A stretch of DNA of 64,000 bases from a virus (lineage: Duplodnaviria; Caudoviricetes), in the IMG/VR virus record IMGVR_UViG_3300047160_005605, positions 1 through 64,000 of that record. One strand, 5' to 3'. The notes under the pieces were generated by a model. That model had not been told where the DNA came from, searched no databases, and saw only the letters and a list, made by a program, of their open reading frames with translations. The translations under genes and the position numbers were made by a program. Shown one piece after another: positions 16,888-25,065 of the stretch. Position 1 is the stretch's first letter, and the number at the start of each line of letters is the position of its first letter.

Positions 16888-18256
16888 GACGGAGAGGCGA
16901 GTCCTCACCGGCATGATTACGGATAAAGATGTCCTTGCGCGCATCGCTCCGAAGTGGGACAAGGACCTCTTTCGGTCGAAGTTCTCGAACATCGTCGGTG
17001 GCTGGTGCGTATCTTACTTCAACAAATATGGCAAAGCGCCCGAGAGACACATAGAAGGGTTGTTTGAGACTTGGGCGACAGCGAGCAAGGACAAAGCCAC
17101 AGTCGAGACCATAGATGAGTTTTTAAGTGGTTTGTCCGATGAGTATGCGAGTCTCCGCAAAGCCAAGAACAGCGAGTATGTCCTAGACCTAGCTTCTACA
17201 CACTTCAACGAAGTGAAGGCGTCTAGGCACGCCGAGCAAGTGCAGGGCTTTGTAGACAGTGGCAACCTTGACCAAGCGAAGAAAGCCATCAATACCTATA
17301 GCGATATCCAAATCGCATCGGGAGATGGCATAGACGTTCTCACGGACCATGCCGCTATCCAAAAGGCGTTTGAGGACAAGAAGGAGCCGCTAATCTCCTA
17401 TCCCGGTGCTCTTGGCAGCTTCTTCGGTGATGTATTAGAACGCGATGGACTGGTTGCCTTCATGGGTCCTGAGAAGCGAGGTAAGACGTGGATGCTCATA
17501 GACGTAGCTTGGGTGGGAATGCTGCAACGTCGTAAGGTTGCCTTCTTTGAGGTTGGTGATATGAGCCAGAGTCAAATCCTGCGGCGCTTTATGACCAGAG
17601 CGAGCAAGCGACCACTTACCGCGAGAAGTGTACTCTATCCACGCTCGTTGACGCACGACCTAGACGAGCCATTCGCTGAGGTGGTCCAAGAAGAGAGGGA
17701 GTTCACTAAGCCGTTGCACTGGAAGACGGCCTGGAAAGCTTGCCAGAAGATCCTGAAGGTGGACCTACGGAGCAAGCATTCTTACCTCAAGCTGTTTTGC
17801 TATCCTAACTCTTCTATTAACATCTTAGGTATTAGAGATGTGCTGCACCAATTAGAAAGGCTAGACTGGACTCCTGATATAGTGGTGCTCGACTACCCGG
17901 ACATACTCGCACCTTATCCGGGCTACATGGAGAGCAGAGACCAGATCAATGCGACGTGGAAAGCCATGCGGGCTATAAGTCAATCCTACCACTGCCTCTT
18001 CGTCACGGCGACGCAGAGCGACGCAGCATCCTATGAAGTGATGACACTACACCGAAAGCACTTCGCCGATGATAAGAGAAAGTACGCGCAAGTTACCGAT
18101 ATGATTGGCTTGTCGCAGACCGAAGATGAGAAGAAGCGGGGTATCTTACGTCTCAATCATCTGGCTTTGCGCGAAGGAGCCTATAGCGAGAGCCATTGCG
18201 TGCACGTCGCGGGTTGCTTGGCGATAGCGAATCCCTGCATACTTAGCACGTTCTAG
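16859..18256 (+). CDS. Replicative DNA helicase (DnaB-like)
   Basis: Walker A GPEKRGKT, Walker B VVLDY, TATQS, LALREG. Confidence 0.85.
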   Translation: MRSSVRNESKTERRVLTGMITDKDVLARIAPKWDKDLFRSKFSNIVGGWCVSYFNKYGKAPERHIEGLFETWATASKDKATVETIDEFLSGLSDEYASLRKAKNSEYVLDLASTHFNEVKASRHAEQVQGFVDSGNLDQAKKAINTYSDIQIASGDGIDVLTDHAAIQKAFEDKKEPLISYPGALGSFFGDVLERDGLVAFMGPEKRGKTWMLIDVAWVGMLQRRKVAFFEVGDMSQSQILRRFMTRASKRPLTARSVLYPRSLTHDLDEPFAEVVQEEREFTKPLHWKTAWKACQKILKVDLRSKHSYLKLFCYPNSSINILGIRDVLHQLERLDWTPDIVVLDYPDILAPYPGYMESRDQINATWKAMRAISQSYHCLFVTATQSDAASYEVMTLHRKHFADDKRKYAQVTDMIGLSQTEDEKKRGILRLNHLALREGAYSESHCVHVAGCLAIANPCILSTF

Positions 18257-18289
18257 GCAGGAATGACAAGGAGTTTAATCCAGGCATAC

Positions 18290-18319
18290 TTGACATGCCG
18301 CATGCCGCAATACTAAGAT
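18290..18319 (+). promoter_or_regulatory. Sigma70-like promoter
   Basis: TTGACA (18290-18295), 18-bp spacer, TAAGAT (18314-18319) in an intergenic gap. Confidence 0.55.
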
Positions 18320-18363
18320 AGTAGAACAAAGCGAGTCACACAACCTTGAAAGGAGGTTCGTTC

Positions 18364-18891
18364 GTGAAGATCAGGCAAGTCGCTCTAGTGTCGTTGTTCC
18401 AAGAGTTAGGTTTCGCCAACGCCGAGAGTTGGGAAGTCTCGAAGCTCCAGAGCCGAGCCCAGAAAATCCAATCTCTGCTCGATGACGAAACGGGTCCCAA
18501 GACTGCCAAAGGCCGCAAGCTCTGTGAGGAGCTGGTCAAGGCCGTCGAAGCTGAGGAGGAAATCGAAGTTATGGCAAGTGCTGCGTCTACCAAAACCGCC
18601 CCCGCGAAGGGGAGTAAGAAAGGCTCGAAAAAGGCCCCGAAGGCCGCCGCGAAGCCTAGCAGCAACGGGCCGCGCAAGGTCGGTGTCATTGACACCATCA
18701 TTGAATGCCTCAAGAAGGGCAGTGCCAAGAGCCCTGTCACGAAAGAGGACATCCTCAAGGCTCTCGTCAAGAAGTTCCCCGACCGCCGGCCGGAGGCAAT
18801 GAAGAACACGGTCTCCGCCCAGGTGCCCACGCATCTCCGTATCGAGAAGAACATTACGGTCAAGAGCAACGACAACGGCTACTGGCTGTAA
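18364..18891 (+). CDS. Lys/Ala-rich histone-like protein with C-terminal winged-helix-like domain (paralog 3 of 3)
   Basis: AGGAGG RBS; KGSKKGSKKAPKAAAK linker; GVIDTIIECL...PVTKEDIL...GYWL. Confidence 0.8.
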   Translation: MKIRQVALVSLFQELGFANAESWEVSKLQSRAQKIQSLLDDETGPKTAKGRKLCEELVKAVEAEEEIEVMASAASTKTAPAKGSKKGSKKAPKAAAKPSSNGPRKVGVIDTIIECLKKGSAKSPVTKEDILKALVKKFPDRRPEAMKNTVSAQVPTHLRIEKNITVKSNDNGYWL

Positions 18892-18918
18892 TCGCCCTTT
18901 CCACGCTGCCACAGCGCT

Positions 18919-18998
18919 GAGAGGAGCACGCTCTTATGTCCCCTTGTTAGGCTGCCAGTTCAGGACATAGGAAAACGGCTCCTCTCTCCTTTTTGGAG
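18919..18998 (+). promoter_or_regulatory. Structured leader or terminator upstream of queD
   Basis: gagaggagc/gctcctctc outer stem, tatgtcc/ggacata inner stem, U-tract, then GGAG RBS. Confidence 0.5.
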
Positions 18999-19003
18999 AC
19001 GCC

Positions 19004-19453
19004 ATGATTATCACTCGCCGTTTTGAGTTTGACGCTGGGCACAGAGTCTTGGGTCATACTGGCAAGTGCCGGCATCTGCATGGCCATCGCTATGCCGCTG
19101 AAGTTACCGTCCAAGCAAATGAGGTCAACGAGCTAGGCATGGTGATGGACTTCTCGGATATCAAGGTCCTAGTGGGCAATTGGATCGACAGCAATTGGGA
19201 TCATAATATGATCCTCAACAGCGATGATCCGGTGCTACTCTACCTCTGCAAGGACGAAGCGAACGAGCGCAAGCCCTACATCCTCACCAAAACCAATCCA
19301 ACCGCAGAGAACATGGCAGAGCACTTGTGGGAAGCTGTCCACATGCTGCTCAAGGGCTATAACAAAAAGAATCCGGGCCATTATGTGGGGGTGGTGAGAG
19401 TACGTCTCTATGAGACGCCGAATAGCTGGGCAGACGCGGACCATCGGCACTAA
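19004..19453 (+). CDS. queD: 6-carboxy-5,6,7,8-tetrahydropterin synthase
   Basis: FDAGHRV...CRHLHGH, MDF, WDH, PTAEN, VRLYETP. Confidence 0.95.
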   Translation: MIITRRFEFDAGHRVLGHTGKCRHLHGHRYAAEVTVQANEVNELGMVMDFSDIKVLVGNWIDSNWDHNMILNSDDPVLLYLCKDEANERKPYILTKTNPTAENMAEHLWEAVHMLLKGYNKKNPGHYVGVVRVRLYETPNSWADADHRH

Positions 19454-19494
19454 GCGCTCGCAGTGCCCAATACTAATAAGAGAGGAGCTATTGC

Positions 19495-20217
19495 ATGGTG
19501 AAAAAGCGTATTGCTCTGAACGTGCAACCCGTGGAACCTCCACGCGCCCAGAATGACCCGCTGGAGGTCATCAAGATATGGACTACCATTCAGGGCGAAG
19601 GCCCGCTTGTAGGCATGCCTGCTGTCTTTGTGCGGATGGCAGGCTGCAATCTCAAATGTCCGCAGTGTGACACCGACTACACTTCTAACCGTCAATACTT
19701 TGATGCAAACGGACTTATCAAGGCGGTTCAAGCCGAGATTCGCAGGAACCTATTCTCACAGCGCCACCTTGTTGTCTTTACGGGTGGGGAGCCGTTCAGG
19801 CAATACTTAACCCCCGTCGCATTCGATTTAACTGCTCTTGGGATCCATGTGCAGATCGAGACGAATGGTACCTTCTTTCTGCAAGACTTCCCCTACCAAG
19901 AAGCCACTATCGTCTGCTCGCCCAAGACTGCCAAGATCCATCCGTCTTTGTTTCACTTCACCGACGCATGGAAGTACATCATCGAAGAAGGTGGAGTGGA
20001 TCCTGATGATGGGTTGCCGACGCGCGTTCTCGGAGCTAACGTCCGCGTAGCGCGTCCTCCCGAAGTTACTCACAAGACGCGCATTTACGTCCAGCCGATG
20101 GATGACCGCAAAGACCCCAAGCGGAACAAAGCACACATGGATACCGCCGTGAAGGTGGCTGTGAAGTACGGCTATATCCTGAGTCTGCAAACTCACAAAT
20201 ACATGGGATTGGAGTAA
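19495..20217 (+). CDS. queE: 7-carboxy-7-deazaguanine synthase (radical SAM)
   Basis: TIQGEG, GCNLKCPQCDT, TGGEP, IETNG, SLQTHK. Confidence 0.95.
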   Translation: MVKKRIALNVQPVEPPRAQNDPLEVIKIWTTIQGEGPLVGMPAVFVRMAGCNLKCPQCDTDYTSNRQYFDANGLIKAVQAEIRRNLFSQRHLVVFTGGEPFRQYLTPVAFDLTALGIHVQIETNGTFFLQDFPYQEATIVCSPKTAKIHPSLFHFTDAWKYIIEEGGVDPDDGLPTRVLGANVRVARPPEVTHKTRIYVQPMDDRKDPKRNKAHMDTAVKVAVKYGYILSLQTHKYMGLE

Positions 20218-20220
20218 CCA

Positions 20221-20904
20221 ATGAAGAAACGGATTGTACTCGCGCTCAGCGGGGGGATGGATTCATCTTCGCTGCTTGGTACCATGCTCGGGAATGGCAA
20301 CGAAGTGACCTGCGTCAGCTTCCGCTATAGCTCAAAGCATAATCCCTATGAGCTACGCGCAGCGAGAGGGATCGCCGATCACTATCGCGTGCCGCTCGTT
20401 GAGATCAACCTCACCGGAGCGTTCAACAGCTTTGAATCTGCTTTGCTGACGCAATCTCACAAGAGGATTCCTGAAGGTCACTATCAAGCCGAAACGATGA
20501 AGCTAACCGTAGTGCCTTGCCGCAATGTTATCTTTATCGCAACGCTCACGGGCTTCGCCGAGTCTATCAAGGCGAGCGTAGTAGCGATCGGCGTCCACGC
20601 TGGGGATCACGCGATCTATCCAGATTGCCGGCCACCTTTCATTTTCGCTATGCGCGACGTAGTGGATAAGGCGACCGAGGGGCGTGTTGAGCTAGCTGCG
20701 CCTTTCCTTTATCGTACCAAAGCGCAGATTCTCGAAGGTGGTTTGCAGAGAAAAGTCCCCTACCAGCTAACGCGCACTTGCTACCAGAATCAAGAAGTCG
20801 CGTGCGGTCGCTGCGGGGCATGCCAAGAGCGCTTAGAAGCCTTTGAGCTAAGCAAGACAATGGACCCATTGGATTATGTGTCGCGCGAGATTATGCCGAA
20901 GTGA
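20221..20904 (+). CDS. queC: 7-cyano-7-deazaguanine synthase
   Basis: SGGMDS, VPCRN, YPDCR, TRTCY, CGRCGAC. Confidence 0.95.
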   Translation: MKKRIVLALSGGMDSSSLLGTMLGNGNEVTCVSFRYSSKHNPYELRAARGIADHYRVPLVEINLTGAFNSFESALLTQSHKRIPEGHYQAETMKLTVVPCRNVIFIATLTGFAESIKASVVAIGVHAGDHAIYPDCRPPFIFAMRDVVDKATEGRVELAAPFLYRTKAQILEGGLQRKVPYQLTRTCYQNQEVACGRCGACQERLEAFELSKTMDPLDYVSREIMPK

Positions 20905-20907
20905 ACT

Positions 20908-20990
20908 AGCGGGGGTGGCAAGCCTCACTGCTCTAGCTCCCAGTGATGGTTAGGTAGGTGCGAGTTACACCTGCCTACGCCACCCCCGCT
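20908..20990 (+). promoter_or_regulatory. Three-way-junction RNA-like structure between queC and folE
   Basis: 12-bp outer stem agcgggggtggc/gccacccccgct enclosing tcactg/cagtga and taggtaggtg/cacctgccta hairpins. Confidence 0.55.
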
Positions 20991-21005
20991 CTTTTGAGGT
21001 TTGCA

Positions 21006-21560
21006 ATGGATATCATTCAGTCTTTGAATGCCATTAAACTGGTGATTCGCTCGATGGGAGACGACCCCAACCGAGAGGGTTTAGCGGATACTCCCAGCAG
21101 AGTCCTCGCCAGCTACCAAGAGCTATTCTCGGGGTATGAGGATGATCCTGTATCCGTAATGCGCATCTTTGAGGATGGAGCGTGCGACGAAATGGTAGTC
21201 CTCAAGGGTGCTGAGATATACTCCACATGCGAGCATCACCTGTTACCATTCTTTGGTATTGCTCATATCGCCTATCTGCCCAAGGGCAGAGTCATCGGCA
21301 TATCGAAGCTTGCTCGCCTCCTAGAGATATACGCGCGTAGGCTGCAAATCCAAGAGCGTCTGACGCAACAAATCACAGCAGCATTAGACGAGCACTTGCA
21401 GCCTCTAGGCAGCGCTTGCGTGATTGAAGCGAAGCACTTGTGCATGATCGCCAGAGGGGTGCAGAAACAACACTCCACTATGATTACATCAAGCCTCACG
21501 GGCGAGTTCCGCGACGACAAAGCCGTACGGCAAGAGTTTTTCAACCTCATAAGGAGTTAG
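21006..21560 (+). CDS. folE: GTP cyclohydrolase I
   Basis: REGLADTPSRV, STCEHHLLPF, GISKLAR, QIQERLT, HLCMIARG. Confidence 0.97.
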   Translation: MDIIQSLNAIKLVIRSMGDDPNREGLADTPSRVLASYQELFSGYEDDPVSVMRIFEDGACDEMVVLKGAEIYSTCEHHLLPFFGIAHIAYLPKGRVIGISKLARLLEIYARRLQIQERLTQQITAALDEHLQPLGSACVIEAKHLCMIARGVQKQHSTMITSSLTGEFRDDKAVRQEFFNLIRS

Positions 21561-21562
21561 CA

Positions 21563-22264
21563 ATGACCAGTGCCATAGAAGATACCATCAATGCTGCGGC
21601 CACCAACGACGAACCAAACCCGCCAGAGTTTTTTGAGAACTGGTTGGGTTTGAAGCTTGAGGGCATGGACGAGCAAAAGCGCGGGATGCTCCTCAGCTTC
21701 GCATGGGACCGCTACAAGCAGAACCGAGTTAGGCCGACCATTCAACAGCTTCGGGTGGACTTCAAGCGCATGGTCGCTCATAACGTCAGCCAGGAAGAGC
21801 AAAGGAAAGCCTTCGAGAAAGCGAACCGCGAGCAGGGAGGGACGAAGCTAGGCATTACCAAGTTGGGCGAGCGCGTGCCATATCAGCTTCACTCGCCAAA
21901 CGTCGCCATGCTTGAGACGTTTCCTAACCCCGCGAAGAATCCCTATCTCGTTGAACACACTTCGGCTGAGTTTACTTCACTTTGTCCCAAGACAGGTCAA
22001 CCTGATTTTGGTACAATTCTCATTCAGTTTGAGCCGCATTTGCGCTGTGTGGAGAGCAAGAGCCTCAAGCTCTACCTCTTCGCCTACCGCAATACGGGAG
22101 CGTTCATGGAACAGATTGTCAACCAGATCCGAGATGATCTGGTAGAAGCGATGGAGCCGCTATCGCTCATAGTGCGTGGAGAGTTCAAACCCCGTGGCGG
22201 GATCCTAACTGTCGTGACTGCCAAGTACGCAAAGGAGCAAGATGAAACGGTTACTGATGCTTGA
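21563..22264 (+). CDS. queF: preQ0 reductase (unimodular QueF) with an extra ~90-aa N-terminal domain
   Basis: EFTSLCPKTGQPDF (catalytic Cys/Asp), QueF motif ESKSLKLY, PRGG. Confidence 0.9.
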   Translation: MTSAIEDTINAAATNDEPNPPEFFENWLGLKLEGMDEQKRGMLLSFAWDRYKQNRVRPTIQQLRVDFKRMVAHNVSQEEQRKAFEKANREQGGTKLGITKLGERVPYQLHSPNVAMLETFPNPAKNPYLVEHTSAEFTSLCPKTGQPDFGTILIQFEPHLRCVESKSLKLYLFAYRNTGAFMEQIVNQIRDDLVEAMEPLSLIVRGEFKPRGGILTVVTAKYAKEQDETVTDA

Positions 22265-22313
22265 CTCCGGCACTTTTCCTGCAAAGGACATAACAAGATG
22301 CAAAGAAGGCTAA
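22242..22313 (+). pseudogene. Relic 5' end of a second dpdA-like gene (MKRLLMLDSGTF...)
   Basis: Own AAGGAG RBS; first 12 aa mirror the DpdA start MQRRLILDSGAY; stops after 23 aa. Confidence 0.55.
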
Positions 22314-23341
22314 TACTAGACTCTGGAGCATATTCTGTTTGGGCACAGGGACAGACTGTGGACCTGGACGAGTACATAGACTTTTGCGCAGCGTACCCTG
22401 CCATCGACTACTACGTGGCGTTAGACGTGATACCGGGCCAACCAAACGTCAAGCGCTCGCTGCGTAATGCCGAAGAGTCATGCCAAGCGAGCTGGCTCAA
22501 CTATAAGGAGATGATCGCCTATCTGCCGATGGAAAAGGTCATCCCCGTCTTCCATCAGCATGATTCTTTCCGGTGGCTGGAGCGCTATATCAAATCTGGA
22601 GCGCAATACATAGGCATCAGCCCAGCCAACGACCGCACCACCACGCAGAAGCTAGCTTGGCTCCGTCAAGTGCGTCCCCATGTCTTTTTCCCGAGCGGAG
22701 AAGCGCGAGTCAAGACGCATGGCTTTGCCGTCACTTCCTTTGACCTCATGCGCTACTGGGACTGGTACTCTGTTGACAGTGCGAGCTGGAAAGTCGCGGC
22801 GGGCTGGGGCGTGATCTATGTACCAAGACAGACGAGAGGTAAATGGGATTACTCACGCTCTCCCTATGCGCTCACCGTCTCGCCGCGCACAACCCATAAA
22901 AAGCAACGCCAGACCAGCTATGAGGCGCTCTCACCTCATGTCAAGGAGATAGTAGATCGCTACCTTGCCGAGAGTGAGATGCCGCTAGGGAAATGGGCAG
23001 TAGGTAAGCGCAGTGGGGACCGTGTAGACGGCAGAGAGATCCTCTGGTTCGACCGCAAGAAAGACACCGTGATCCGAGTGGAAGAAGAAGGCGTGGCTAC
23101 CATGCACGTCCACCGCTATATTGCCAATGTCCGCTTCATGCAGCAAGCCGAGAAAGTGCTGCCGCTCAAGCATTTGTATCTAGCTGGCGCTCCTCTACCT
23201 CCCGTGCATCGAGAGGTCGAGCTGCGCTTTGGCAAGCGACTGCTTTCGTATCTGGTCGTCGGGACAGGCAAACGACCACCATTAGCGTTCAGGGACCACT
23301 ATCATGAAAGGGAGCTAGTCTGTGAACAAAGTAAACCGTGA
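22298..23341 (+). CDS. dpdA: DNA-guanine transglycosylase (TGT-like), inserts 7-deazaguanine bases into DNA
   Basis: ILDSGAYS, ALDVIP, PVFHQ, YIGIS, KTHGFAVT, SVDSASW; lies in the que cluster. Confidence 0.85.
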   Translation: MQRRLILDSGAYSVWAQGQTVDLDEYIDFCAAYPAIDYYVALDVIPGQPNVKRSLRNAEESCQASWLNYKEMIAYLPMEKVIPVFHQHDSFRWLERYIKSGAQYIGISPANDRTTTQKLAWLRQVRPHVFFPSGEARVKTHGFAVTSFDLMRYWDWYSVDSASWKVAAGWGVIYVPRQTRGKWDYSRSPYALTVSPRTTHKKQRQTSYEALSPHVKEIVDRYLAESEMPLGKWAVGKRSGDRVDGREILWFDRKKDTVIRVEEEGVATMHVHRYIANVRFMQQAEKVLPLKHLYLAGAPLPPVHREVELRFGKRLLSYLVVGTGKRPPLAFRDHYHERELVCEQSKP

Positions 23342-24344
23342 ATCATTGTTGCAAGTGCTAGAGCTAGTCCGGCCTGGTCTGTCTGCAAAAGAGATTGAGG
23401 AGCAATCATCGTGCTTTGTCTTTAAGGATGGGCGAGTGGTTACCTTCAATGATGAAATCTCTTGCTCGCACAAGAGCCCGATGAACTTCGAGGGAGCGGT
23501 GCCGGCGAAGTGCTTTCTTGAGTATCTCCAGAAGTCGCCAGACGTAGACCTAGATGTGGAAGAGGATGACGACGAACTTATCCTTGTCGGCAAGAAGCGC
23601 CGCACCGGCTTCACGATGGAGCGCGAGATTATGCTGCGGGTAGACCTTGTCGAAGAGCCTGGGGAATGGAAGCCGCTCAAGCCAGACTTCCGCGAAGCGA
23701 TAAGCATAGTGGAGCAGTGCGCCGGCAAAGATGAATCCAAATTCAAGCTGACTTGCGTGCACATTACCTCCAAGTACATCGAAGCATTTGACAATTACCA
23801 GATGGCACGCTATCTCATCAAGGTGCCAGTGACCGATGAGTTTCTCGTTCGCAGGGATGCAATCAAACATATTATCGCCTTGGACATGGTGGAACTCAGC
23901 GAGACAGCGAGTTGGATACACTTTCGCAACAGTGCTGGCCTCATCATCTCCTGCCGCCGCTACGATGAGAAATACCCCGCTATTGGGAAGTATCTTGACG
24001 TTAATGGGCGGCCCGCAGTGCTACCCAAAGGACTTACTGAGGTCTTAGAGCGTGCCGGGATCTTCTCAGAGGAGAAAAAAGACGCCGACGTTATCCGTGT
24101 CGAGATGCAAAAGGGCAAGGTCCGCATACGCGGGCAGGGTAGCATCGGCTGGCACAGCGAAGTCCGCAAGATCAAGTATGAGGGACCGCCTCTGACCTTC
24201 TATATCGCTCCCAAACTTCTGGCAGACATTACCACGAAGTATAACCAATGTGAGATAACCTCAGAATACCTGAAGGTTAGCAATGGCAAGTTTACCTATA
24301 TCAGCACATTGAGCGAAAGTGAGGATAACCATGCTGCTGAGTGA
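23322..24344 (+). CDS. Sliding clamp (DNA polymerase III beta-like)
   Basis: 340 aa; VNRESLLQVLELV N-terminus, EKYPAI hinge, LTEVLERAGIFS repeated domain pattern. Confidence 0.65.
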   Translation: MNKVNRESLLQVLELVRPGLSAKEIEEQSSCFVFKDGRVVTFNDEISCSHKSPMNFEGAVPAKCFLEYLQKSPDVDLDVEEDDDELILVGKKRRTGFTMEREIMLRVDLVEEPGEWKPLKPDFREAISIVEQCAGKDESKFKLTCVHITSKYIEAFDNYQMARYLIKVPVTDEFLVRRDAIKHIIALDMVELSETASWIHFRNSAGLIISCRRYDEKYPAIGKYLDVNGRPAVLPKGLTEVLERAGIFSEEKKDADVIRVEMQKGKVRIRGQGSIGWHSEVRKIKYEGPPLTFYIAPKLLADITTKYNQCEITSEYLKVSNGKFTYISTLSESEDNHAAE

Positions 24345-24591
24345 AGCAGGTATAGATATCCTGTTGTTGGTCATCCAACACGATGAGGAAGGGAGGTATC
24401 CTATCGCCGAACGAATTGTGCGATACCTAATAGGTAAACAAGAGTGGAGCTATCCATGCCAGTCTAAGAGCCGGGCAATGAGCCGCTTCCGGCGTATCAA
24501 TGATTGGTCAGGTCTACTGCGAACACTTTATGATCTTCGCAGTGGCTCTGGAATGAGATGGTCGAGCGATCACGAACGATTCTGGCATTAA
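24331..24591 (+). CDS. Hypothetical protein
   Basis: GAGGA RBS, overlaps the clamp stop. Confidence 0.55.
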   Translation: MLLSEAGIDILLLVIQHDEEGRYPIAERIVRYLIGKQEWSYPCQSKSRAMSRFRRINDWSGLLRTLYDLRSGSGMRWSSDHERFWH

Positions 24592-24604
24592 AAGGAGGAC
24601 AATC

Positions 24605-24799
24605 ATGCCACTGAATGATCTTCTGCCCACCGCTATTGGCACCAAAGGTATTCATGTATCAGCGGAGTTGCGCGTCAGTGCCATGCACCTTCAAGACATC
24701 GGCTGGGTAGCTCAGTTGATGGAGCGAGCCGCGACGCACATCGACGCCCTAGAGAATCTGGTCAGTGAACTCAAAGCGAAAGAGAAGATAGCATCTTGA
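24605..24799 (+). CDS. Hypothetical protein
   Basis: AGGAGG RBS. Confidence 0.6.
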   Translation: MPLNDLLPTAIGTKGIHVSAELRVSAMHLQDIGWVAQLMERAATHIDALENLVSELKAKEKIAS

Positions 24800-24840
24800 G
24801 ATCCCGGTCCCTTACCCCTTTAGAATAAGGAGGACGTACC

Positions 24841-25065
24841 TTGTTACCATCGAAAGAAAATGCCTTGCAAGCGAATGGCGCTTTGCAGAGGATCACCGAT
24901 GACCACGTGTCGCGGGACTTTACCTTTGTCCGTGACTTTCTGGAGGCCGCCGAGCGCAAGCTGCCCTATGAGAAGTCCTTCGCCAAGAAGGCGGCCAAGA
25001 AGGCGGCCAAGAAGGCGGTCAAGCAGGCTGCCGAGAAGGGCTTCGGTCTGAGCGAGAAAAAGTGA
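24841..25065 (+). CDS. Small protein with AKKA tandem repeats
   Basis: gccaagaaggcg x3 at ~24982-25017; AAGGAGG RBS. Confidence 0.6.
   Translation: MLPSKENALQANGALQRITDDHVSRDFTFVRDFLEAAERKLPYEKSFAKKAAKKAAKKAVKQAAEKGFGLSEKK

Noticed and set aside
18919-18998. Canonical preQ1 riboswitch
   Set aside because: Lacks the class I AGAGGUUCUAG...CCCUCU/A-rich tail pattern; kept only as an unassigned structure.
21563-22264. QueF-like amidinotransferase producing dG+
   Set aside because: The intact ESKSLKLY NADPH motif and catalytic Cys indicate a true nitrile reductase; no Gat-QueC or ArcS is seen.
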